Shown here one piece after another: positions 50,226-64,000 of a stretch of DNA of 64,000 bases. Location of the stretch: positions 33,763 through 97,762 of the forward strand of contig CAXHJY010001732.1 of NCBI GenBank assembly GCA_964016885.1, given 5' to 3'. The DNA comes from Eledone cirrhosa (lineage: Eukaryota). The notes below the pieces were generated by a model that worked only from the letters and a program-made list of their open reading frames with translations, had not been told where the DNA came from and ran no database searches. The first letter of the stretch is position 1; each line of letters begins with the position of its first letter. A program made the translations under genes and the position numbers.

Positions 50226-50938
50226 TATATATTGTGCTTTATTTCTGTTGTTTTGTTGCTTCTCTTCCTGTCTCCATTAATTGTGGACATTTCTGAAATT
50301 ATGTCTGTCTGTTCTGTATATGAAGTCTGAAAGTAAATCTGTCATTTATTTCATGAGGACAGAATATTCATTGAGGCATTCACTTTCTGGAAATAGATTC
50401 TATTAAAGTTTGGCTGTAAGATGCTTCCTACCCACCCAACCCATACCCCCTATCCTACAATTATTGGAATTGGAAAGAATTTTTTTTTTAATTTGTTTTG
50501 AATCAACTGTCTCTTTTTTTTTTTTTTTTTGACATTGCTTTCGTGGTGTTATTAATTATTATAATGATGAAAAAATATATAAACCTTGAATAATTACAAA
50601 AAAAAATTATTTCAAATATTCAATATACTAAATAGTTGTTAGTTTTGAGGACAGCTACAATTTGGGACGTCGTACAAAATAATTAAGTCTGTTTCGGTTA
50701 TGTTTATTATCTCAGAAAATAAAATCTTTTTCCCCCCATTGACTACAAATGTCTTCACTTCTTTTCCTTTCTATATTAAAGTTCTTGTCCTGTTGAGATG
50801 TAGGAGTATTTTCTATGTGTTGTACATATTTGGAAGTCCTCAGATTTTGGTTATGCGAGACACACCAGAACAGAAACTCAAACCCTCCATCTCAATTTTA
50901 CTTTTATTATTCATAAGAACTGTGAAACCTGTAGAGTA

Positions 50939-50944
50939 AATAAA
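50939..50944 (+). promoter_or_regulatory. Candidate distal polyadenylation signal for TECPR2
   Basis: AATAAA followed about 20 nt later by GT/T-rich sequence, at the end of a unique AT-rich stretch. Many other AATAAA hexamers exist in the window. Confidence 0.2.
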
Positions 50945-51723
50945 TATTCTTAAAAGACTCCAGTTGTATTTTCAATTTCTTTTCCTTATATTTTTACCCA
51001 TTTTAAAAAACTTTACTTTCTTATATATGTGCAACATATCGAAAATACATCAACAGCTACATCCGAACTGTTCAAATAAATTACTTCGAACGATCATATA
51101 TATATATATATTTATATTTATATATATATTTTCACAGTGAAACTTTTTATTTCGTATAATTGTTATGGAATAAAGTTTATTAAACTCTGTGTGTGTATAT
51201 ACACACACAGAGTTTAATAAACTTTATTCCATAACAATTATACGAAATAAAAAGTTTCACTGTGAAAATACGAAAAGGTGACTGAGAATGTGTGGTTAAC
51301 TTTTAAAGGTAGCACGTATTGTAATGAAGTCCGGGAAATTTGAAGTTTAAACATTCAGGTAATTATTAGAAAACTAAACTTTATTTTCTCTATTATATTA
51401 ACAACATCCATAAGTAATTTATCGAACAAATATGATTTATAAATGAATATATATAAATATATAGAGAGGAGTTAATTATAGAAATAAGGAAAGGTAAAAA
51501 TTACAAACAAAACGCGAGAAGACAGACACACCCCCAATTACACATTGAACAGAAAATATTGGTGTTTCCTTCTAAATATATTTAATGGCAAACTAAAACA
51601 TTCAGGACATTGTCGCAGGTAATATTGAAGCTAAGGTGCTGTAATATTCATGTTCATTTATGTGTTATGTTATATATAGGTATATATATATATATATATA
51701 TATATGTGTATATATATATATAG

Positions 51724-51765
<42 letters not shown>

Positions 51766-51882
51766 GTATGTATGTATATATATATATATGTATGTATGTA
51801 TATATATATGTATATATATATGTATGTATGTATATATATATGTATATATATATGTATATATGTATATATATATGTATATATG

Positions 51883-51933
<51 letters not shown>

Positions 51934-51990
51934 GTATATATATATGTATATGTATATATATATGTATATATGTATGTATATATATATGTG

Positions 51991-52039
<49 letters not shown>

Positions 52040-52193
52040 GTATATATATGTATATATATCTGATGATTTCTAATGAATGAAACAGTTCTAGTCCTGTAGA
52101 ATCTCATCTATATTAAAACTTTTATACTCTGCTATGTATTGAGTACCTTACTTACTGTGGTTACCTCCGATTCAACCCGGAATAACGTATATG

Positions 52194-52260
<67 letters not shown>

Positions 52261-52269
52261 GTATATATG

Positions 52270-52307
<38 letters not shown>

Positions 52308-52341
52308 TATATGTGTATATATATATATATATGTATATATG

Positions 52342-52404
<63 letters not shown>

Positions 52405-52413
52405 GTATATATG

Positions 52414-52460
<47 letters not shown>

Positions 52461-52473
52461 GGATATATATATG

Positions 52474-52508
<35 letters not shown>

Positions 52509-52529
52509 GGATATATATATGTATATATG

Positions 52530-52562
<33 letters not shown>

Positions 52563-52657
52563 GGATATATATATGTATATATATATGTATATATGTATGT
52601 ATATATATATGTATATATATATATACATATATGTATATATATATATATACATATATG

Positions 52658-52690
<33 letters not shown>

Positions 52691-52826
52691 GTATATATGT
52701 ATATATATATATACATATATGTATATATGTATATATATATATACATATATGTATATATGTATATATATATATATACATATATATATATACATATATACAT
52801 ATATATATACACATATATATATACAC

Positions 52827-52868
<42 letters not shown>

Positions 52869-53114
52869 ATATATATACATATATATATATATACATATAC
52901 ATATATACATATATATATATATACATATATATAAATATATACATATATATATATATACTTATATATACATATATATAAATATATACATATATATAAATAT
53001 ATACATATATATATATACATATATATAAATATATACATATATATAAATATATATATATAAATATATACATATATATATATACATATATATAAATATATAC
53101 AAATATATATATAC

Positions 53115-53163
<49 letters not shown>

Positions 53164-53318
53164 CATATATATACATATATATATATACATATATATATAT
53201 ATACATATATATAGTAATAATAATAAAATTGAAGACTAAAATCCAAGAGTTTCAGAAGATCCCGTTAAGGGTGAAAGCAGCGATTCTTTGCTTAAACTTT
53301 AATCTGTTATTTTAATAA

Positions 53319-53468
<150 letters not shown>

Positions 53469-53551
53469 GTATATACATATATATGTATATACATATATAT
53501 GTATATACATATATATATATATACATATATATATAATGTATATATATATAC

Positions 53552-53584
<33 letters not shown>

Positions 53585-53585
53585 C

Positions 53586-53618
<33 letters not shown>

Positions 53619-53935
53619 CATGTATGTATATATATATATACATGTATGTATATATATATATACATATATATATATATACATATATATATATACATGTATG
53701 TATATATATATATATACATATATGTATATATATATACATATATGTATGTAGATAAATCTACCAAGAGTTTACGGTAGTGTCCAATCCGTATGAAGAACTC
53801 AATGTATTCCGGATATCATGGAAAGAAGAGATGTAATGAAAAACCACTTTCGGTGAAAGATAAACGGTATACAGAGTCAAGATAAAATATTAAACAAATA
53901 ATGAATAAACAATTCCTTATATTAAACAAAAAAAG

Positions 53936-54090
53936 TTCATTATTTAACGATCGTTTCTAGGATATATATGTGTTATAATTGGTATGCATATTCAACAGAT
54001 CTATGTACAAAATTATACAAAATTATACAAATTATCAAGATTAAATATACATACCAAACACATATATACGCCGTCTTCAGAAATAATGAA
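53936..54090 (-). ncRNA. Hammerhead motif with 116-nt stem II, inverted copy of 56020-56174
   Basis: Reverse complement of the 56020-56174 motif. Confidence 0.75.
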
Positions 54091-54902
54091 GTATATTTAT
54101 TGATAATAACAACAATTCAAAATTTCAGTTCAAAATTGACCAATGAAAACACAAAAGGTTAAATGCAGTTCGGTGTGTGTATATACATGTAAAACCCTTA
54201 CACATATTTTACAAAAATGTATGTATAATTTGTATACGCATACTAAAAGGATGGATGCAAATACGAAATTTCAAGGTTAATGTCTCTGTGAGCTTACATG
54301 CGCAGATAAGATGCGCATTGATACTTATGAAATCAAGTATATAAATATATTTTTTTTCATACTCACACATATCAGTACAATCACACATACACGCGCGTAT
54401 ATGCATAAATATACACATAACCACGAACATACAAACACACACACACCCCCACTCACATTTATATATGTGGATATAAAATCATAAGCACATGGATATTAAT
54501 TCACTCACATAAAACACTGGCACACACATTTCTAGATCAAGATACAGAAATTAGGTGGGAGGGGGGGGGGGAGGGGTCAGTATTCAACTGTCTGAGCAAA
54601 CTGTCTAATATAAATGTATCTATAAATTAAGAAAAATAAAAAAATAAACAATAAAATATAATAAATATAATGTAATATACATACACATACAGATATATAC
54701 ACATACATACATGTACGCACACATAGAAATATTTACGCATACGCACATACACACATACATATACAGTCATACACACACATACACTTACACGAACATACAC
54801 ATACACATATATAAAGATATATATATACACACACACACACACACGCAACACATACACATATATATAAAAATAAACAATAAAGATATATACCTATATATAT
54901 AT

Positions 54903-54955
<53 letters not shown>

Positions 54956-55356
54956 CACACACATACATCTAAATATACATACACATACATACACACATAC
55001 ATGTACATACATGTACATACATATACGCACATCGATATACATATATATATATATATACACATATATATATACACACACATAGACATGTAGATACATACAC
55101 ACACAACTTACATACACACATATATATATACATGTATATTCATACATAGAATTAGATATATAATCATACATACTTATGCACTTACTTATACTCATATATA
55201 CAAATACATACGCATCTATATATGCATATATACATAAAAAAAACTACAACCTCACCTAACTCAGACATACAAATAAAAATAATAATAAAAAGGCATATGT
55301 ATATACATACACACACGCATTAATAGAGATATATATATAGAGACACATACATACAC

Positions 55357-55422
<66 letters not shown>

Positions 55423-55425
55423 ACT

Positions 55426-55469
<44 letters not shown>

Positions 55470-56019
55470 GATATCCATTATTCTTAATTTATAGATACAT
55501 TTATATTAGACAGTTTGCTCAGACAGTTGAATACTGACCCCTCCCCCCCCCCCTCCCACCTAATTTCTGTATCTTGATCTAGAAATGTGTGTGCCAGTGT
55601 TTTATGTGAGTGAATTAATATCCATGTGCTTATGATTTTATATCCACATATATAAATGTGAGTGGGGGTGTGTGTGTGTTTGTATGTTCTTGGTTATGTA
55701 TATTTATGCATATACGCGCGTGTATGTGTGATTGTACTGATATGTGTGAGTATGAAAAAATATATTTATATACTTGATTTCATAAGTATCAATGCGCATC
55801 TTATCTACGCATGTAAGCTCACAGAGACATTAACCTTGAAATTTCGTATTTGCATCCATCCTTTTAGTATGCGTATACAAATTATACATACATTTTTGTA
55901 AAATATGTGTAAGGGTTTTACATGTATATACACACACCGAACTGCATTTAACCTTTTGTGTTTTCATTGGTCAATTTTGAACTGAAATTTTGAATTGTTG
56001 TTATTATCAATAAATATAC

Positions 56020-56174
56020 TTCATTATTTCTGAAGACGGCGTATATATGTGTTTGGTATGTATATTTAATCTTGATAATTTGTATAATTTTGTATAATTT
56101 TGTACATAGATCTGTTGAATATGCATACCAATTATAACACATATATATCCTAGAAACGATCGTTAAATAATGAA
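56020..56174 (+). ncRNA. Type-I hammerhead motif with 116-nt stem II
   Basis: 10-bp stem I ttcattattt/aaataatgaa; CTGAAGA at 56030; long stem gtatatatgtgtt/aacacatatatat and tggtatgtatatt/aatatgcatacca; GAAA at 56153; palindrome cgatcg; GUU site. Confidence 0.78.
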
Positions 56175-56419
56175 CTTTTTTTGTTTTAATATAAGGAATT
56201 GTTTATTCATTATTTGTTTAATATTTTACATATATGTATATATATATACGTATATGTATATATATATATATGTATATATATGTATATGTATATATATATA
56301 TGTGTATGTATATATATATATGTGTATGTATATATATATATATATATATGTATATGTATATATATATATGTGTATGTATATATATATATGTGTATGTATA
56401 TATATATATGTGTATATGT

Positions 56420-56450
<31 letters not shown>

Positions 56451-56464
56451 TATATATATGTATG

Positions 56465-56511
<47 letters not shown>

Positions 56512-56668
56512 GTATATGTATATATATATATGCATATATATATGCATATATATATATATATGTATATATATATATGCATATATATATGCATATATATATA
56601 TATATATGTATATATATATGTATATGTATATATATATATGCATATATATATGCATATATATATATATG

Positions 56669-58478
56669 TAACTTTGAATAACTTTGAATAACTTTGAAAT
56701 GTTTTGGCCAGTATTGGCCCAGGCCATGTCTAACTTAATAGCACCACCTGGCGAAGTCTTTCATTCAGGATTTGGGCACCATGGCCCATTCGAGAAGAGA
56801 ATTACTGTTTGCGGAGACATATCCGGGTGTGGGTGGTTTGTCCGGGATTACTTGGAGGAATTTGTCCAAAGACTTCTTGAATTTTGTGTGGTCAGTTTCT
56901 GTTTTGACGTGTCCTGGTGTGATGTTGAAGAGAGCAGGGCCGATTGAGGTGAAATAATTGTGCCGTATTGTTGTTATGAGTTGCGATTTAGATTTTTGAA
57001 TGGGACGGATAGCACGGGGCCCAAGCCTTGGGTGTATCTTGAAGGCGATGCCAACATCATTTGGGCAGTGATGATGGAACATTTTCCACATCATGCAGAT
57101 AATATAACGCTCACGGCGGACGTTGGAGTGAGTAAAGTTTCAGGTTTTCCAATCGACCCCAGTAGTCAAGGTCTGACATGCCATCTATCTTTTTCGTGAT
57201 TGCCCTTTGAGGAGCTTCAAGTTTCATGATACTTTGTTTCGTGTGGGGAGACCACAGTGGACAACAGTATTCAAGGTGTGGTCGGGCGAAAGTAGAGAAG
57301 AGAAGGATAATGGTGCGGGAATCTCTCGACTGGAAGGTTCTGAGGATCCAGGAACACTGCGGGCCATGTCAACTTTGCTGCTTATATGCGTGGTCCAGCT
57401 TATGTTGCTGCTGTCCACGGTTACTCCCAAGTCTCTGATGTTGTTAGATGCCACGAGAGTTTCCCCGGAGGGAAGGGAGTACGGGAGTTTCAGAGCATCC
57501 TCTTTTCCAAAGTGGATCAGTTCGAATTTGTCTTCGTTCAGTAACATGTTGTTCTTTTCTGCCCATTGGGTAACAGCCAGTAGGTCTGACTGAAGGCTTA
57601 TCCGGTCATCCACGCCATTGATGACCTTTTGGAGCTTGGAATCATCAGCGAAAATTTTAATGTTGCTGTGTTTGATGATGTCAGTGATGTCATTAATATA
57701 GATGATGAAGAGAAGTGGGCCCAACACAGTGCCTTGTGGGACCCCACTACTGACTTTGGCTGGGCTTGATTTGACTCCCTCAACTACAACATGTTGGGTT
57801 CTGTTTGACAGGAAGCTCTTGATCCACTGCAGCAGCTTTCCAGTGACACCAATATTGGACAGCTTTCTCAGTAGAATGTTATGATCAACCCTGTCAAAGG
57901 CCTTGCTGAAATCAAGGTAGATAACATCAGTGTTGGAACCCTCTCCCAAGGCTCTCAAAATGTCATCAAAGTGATGCAGTAGTTGCGTCAGGCAATCCCT
58001 TCCATTACGGAATCCATGCTGGTTGGAGTTCAGCATATTGTTACTCTCAAGGAAGTGGGTCATTCGCGATCTCACCACTCGCTCAAATACCTTAATGATA
58101 TGAGAGGTGAGTGAGATTGGACGGTAATTCACGGCAAGGGATTTGTTTCCCTTTTTGAAAACTGGGACAACAGACTGGGATAGAAGGTTTTCTGGCACAT
58201 ATCCAGCATCCAGTGAGTTCCGCCACAGATTGGCAAGAGGAGAAGCAAGTTGGTGTTGACACGCCTTCAAGACACAAGCAGGGAACCTATCGGGACCTAC
58301 TGCTGAATTATGCTTGATTTCCTTTATTGCCGCCAAGACATCAGGGGCGCCAAACGTTATGTCCGATAAGGTGTAATGGGGAGTAACATCGCCGATACAG
58401 CCCAGATCGGCCATATCAGGATTGCTGAAAACAGAGCAGTATTGTTTCTGCAGTATCTCACCCATGGTTTTAGCATTG
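56669..58478 (-). mobile_element. 5'-truncated LINE (CR1/L2-group) with reverse transcriptase domain and frameshifted C-terminus
   Basis: [70 protein letters not shown]; 3' tail (TTCAAAGTTA)x3; inserted in a TA array. Confidence 0.92.
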
Positions 58479-58592
58479 TATGTATATATATATATGCATA
58501 TATATATGCATATATATATATATATGTATATATATATGCATATATATATGCATATATATATATATGTATATATATATATGTATATATATATG

Positions 58593-58637
<45 letters not shown>

Positions 58638-58937
58638 GTATATATTATATATATATGTATATATGTATATGTATATATTATATATATATGTATATATGTA
58701 TATGTATATATATATATATGTATATATATGTATGTATATATATGTATATATATATATGTATAATATATATATGTATATATGTATATGTATTTATATATAT
58801 ATGTATATATGTATATGTATATATATATGTATATGTATATATATATATGTATGTATATGTATATATGTATATATGTATATGTATATGTATGTATATGTAT
58901 ATATATATATGTATGTATATGTATATATGTATATATG

Positions 58938-59010
<73 letters not shown>

Positions 59011-59150
59011 GTATATATATATATGTATATATGTATATATATATATGTATATATGTATACATATATATATACATATGTATATATATATATGTATATATGT
59101 ATACATATATATATACATATATATATACATATATATATATATACATATAC

Positions 59151-59181
<31 letters not shown>

Positions 59182-59230
59182 CATACATATATATATATAT
59201 ATAAAATATTTTCATATCATTCCAATACAA

Positions 59231-59347
59231 AGGTCTGACGACATGGTGTGTTTGCTTACAGTGTACCTTCGGTTTATGATAATATTTGTATATTATTCAA
59301 ATAGCGAGGTATAGGTAACCCATACACTATAGAAACAATTGTTACCT
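59231..59347 (+). ncRNA. Type-I hammerhead motif with 90-nt stem II
   Basis: aggt CTGACGA c atggtgtgt...atacactat a GAAA caattg TT acct. Confidence 0.78.
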
Positions 59348-59399
59348 AATAAATTCTATATACCCGCATTTCCATTTCGTAAACTTCTTCTCCATATGT

Positions 59400-59462
<63 letters not shown>

Positions 59463-59530
59463 TGTATGTATATATATATATGTATATCTTTATATATATG
59501 TATGTATATATATATATGTATATATATATG

Positions 59531-59600
<70 letters not shown>

Positions 59601-59632
59601 TATGTATATATATATATGTATATATATATATG

Positions 59633-59677
<45 letters not shown>

Positions 59678-59736
59678 GTATATATATATGTATATATATA
59701 TATGTGTATATATATATGTATATGTATATATATATG

Positions 59737-59769
<33 letters not shown>

Positions 59770-59782
59770 GTATATATATATG

Positions 59783-59853
<71 letters not shown>

Positions 59854-59917
59854 GTATATATATATGTATATATTATGTATATATATATATGTATGTATAT
59901 ATATATATATATGTATG

Positions 59918-59964
<47 letters not shown>

Positions 59965-59967
59965 TTG

Positions 59968-60003
<36 letters not shown>

Positions 60004-60110
60004 TATATATATGTATATATATTTGTATATATATATGTATATATATATATATATATATAAATATATATGTATAGTGTATATATATATATATATATAAATA
60101 TCTATGTATA

Positions 60111-60167
<57 letters not shown>

Positions 60168-60223
60168 TATATGTATAATATATATATATATGTATATATA
60201 TATAATATGTATATATATGTATA

Positions 60224-60283
<60 letters not shown>

Positions 60284-60350
60284 ATATATATATATATGTG
60301 TATATATATATATATGTGTATATATATATATATGTGTATATATATATGTG

Positions 60351-60397
<47 letters not shown>

Positions 60398-60508
60398 GTA
60401 TATATATATATGTATATATGTATGTATATATATATATATGTATATATATATGTATATATATATATATGTATATATATATGTATATATATATATATGTATA
60501 TATATATG

Positions 60509-60553
<45 letters not shown>

Positions 60554-60604
60554 GTATATATATATATGTATATATATATATGTATATATATATATGTATA
60601 TATG

Positions 60605-60803
<199 letters not shown>

Positions 60804-60836
60804 ATATATATGTATGTATATATATATATATGTATG

Positions 60837-60867
<31 letters not shown>

Positions 60868-60868
60868 G

Positions 60869-60938
<70 letters not shown>

Positions 60939-61170
60939 TGTATGTATATATATATATGTATGTATATATATATATGTATGTATATATATATATGTATGTA
61001 TATATATATATATGTATGTATATATATATATATGTATGTATATATATATATGTATGTATATATATATATATGTATGTATATATATATATGTATGTATATA
61101 TATATATATGTATGTATATATATATATATGTATGTATATACATATATATGTATGTATATATGTATGTATG

Positions 61171-61277
<107 letters not shown>

Positions 61278-61366
61278 GTATATGTATATATATATGTATA
61301 TATGTATATGTATATATATATGTATATATGTATATGTATATATATATGTATATGTATATATATATG

Positions 61367-61433
<67 letters not shown>

Positions 61434-61450
61434 GTATATGTATATATATG

Positions 61451-61527
<77 letters not shown>

Positions 61528-61538
61528 GTATATATATG

Positions 61539-61593
<55 letters not shown>

Positions 61594-61832
61594 GTATATA
61601 TATGTATATATATATATATGTATATATATATATGTATATATATATATAGGTATATATATATATATGTATATATATATGTATATATGTATATATATATATA
61701 TGTATATATATGTATATATGTATATATATATGTATATATATGTATATATATATATGTATATATATATATGTATATATATGTATATATATATATGTATATA
61801 TATGTATATATATATATATATGTATATATATG

Positions 61833-61863
<31 letters not shown>

Positions 61864-61874
61864 GTATGTATATG

Positions 61875-61926
<52 letters not shown>

Positions 61927-61978
61927 TATGTATGTATATATATATATATATATATGTATGTATATATATATATGTATG

Positions 61979-62009
<31 letters not shown>

Positions 62010-62020
62010 ATATATATATG

Positions 62021-62087
<67 letters not shown>

Positions 62088-62088
62088 G

Positions 62089-62123
<35 letters not shown>

Positions 62124-62184
62124 GTATGTATATATATATATATGTATATATATATGTATATATATATATATGTATATATATATG

Positions 62185-62237
<53 letters not shown>

Positions 62238-62259
62238 GTATATATATACTATATATATG

Positions 62260-62296
<37 letters not shown>

Positions 62297-62309
62297 GTAT
62301 ATATATATG

Positions 62310-62360
<51 letters not shown>

Positions 62361-62385
62361 GTGTGTATATATGTATATATATATG

Positions 62386-62443
<58 letters not shown>

Positions 62444-62489
62444 TATGTGTATATATATATATATGTGTATATATATATATATGTATATG

Positions 62490-62662
<173 letters not shown>

Positions 62663-62675
62663 GTATATATATATG

Positions 62676-62706
<31 letters not shown>

Positions 62707-62711
62707 GTATA

Positions 62712-62800
<89 letters not shown>

Positions 62801-62801
62801 G

Positions 62802-62832
<31 letters not shown>

Positions 62833-62843
62833 GTATATATATG

Positions 62844-62898
<55 letters not shown>

Positions 62899-62899
62899 G

Positions 62900-62930
<31 letters not shown>

Positions 62931-62935
62931 GTATA

Positions 62936-63433
<498 letters not shown>

Positions 63434-63438
63434 GTATG

Positions 63439-63469
<31 letters not shown>

Positions 63470-63510
63470 ATATATATATATGTATGTATATATATATATA
63501 TATATGTATG

Positions 63511-63544
<34 letters not shown>

Positions 63545-63666
63545 TGTATGTATATATATATATATGTATGTATATATATATATATATGTATGTATATATA
63601 TATATCTATGTATATATATATATATGTATGTATATATATATATATGTATGTATATATATATGTATG

Positions 63667-63717
<51 letters not shown>

Positions 63718-63785
63718 GTATATATTATATATATATGTATATCTTTATATATATGTATGTATATATATATATGTATATATATATG

Positions 63786-63855
<70 letters not shown>

Positions 63856-63884
63856 TATATGTATATATAGTATATATATATATG

Positions 63885-64000
<116 letters not shown>

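Larger units (their letters stand above)
53750..56228 (-). mobile_element. Penelope-like element remnant with ~740-bp inverted arms (53883-54633 / 55491-56228)
   Basis: Near-identical inverted duplication, a hammerhead in each arm, an extra tail on the left arm only, embedded in TA arrays. Confidence 0.68.

Noticed and set aside
50800-50846. CTGAGGA...GAAA on the minus strand as a hammerhead
   Set aside because: There is no stem I, and stem II is not adjacent to the core.
57224-59230. 668-aa ORF as an intact reverse transcriptase gene
   Set aside because: The N-terminal ~250 aa is microsatellite. The LINE is 5'-truncated (no endonuclease) and frameshifted at the C-terminus.

Overview
This is AT-rich, microsatellite-dense metazoan genomic DNA. 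The repeat landscape suggests an octopus or other cephalopod, which is an inference. One complete + strand gene can be built by hand: a TECPR2 orthologue with 17 coding exons (4405-40273). All introns are GT-AG and all phases are consistent, giving about 5499 nt or 1832 aa, ending in the LIR-type motif DDDWEIV*. Introns and flanks contain tRNA- and 5S-derived SINEs, piggyBac-, hAT- and mariner-like MITEs, RTE, CR1-like and CRE LINE fragments, TE-derived minisatellites and very long (TA)n/(TATG)n arrays. The main non-genic signal is ten apparently intact type-I hammerhead ribozyme motifs, plus about eight decayed ones. They lie in short islands within or next to (TA)n tracts, often in inverted or direct repeats like Penelope-like retroelement pseudo-LTRs. 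None of the ten has the canonical G10.1-C11.1 pair, and several have stem II extended to 41-116 nt. All folding was done by eye and no activity is shown. Most long ORFs in the supplied track are microsatellite artefacts.
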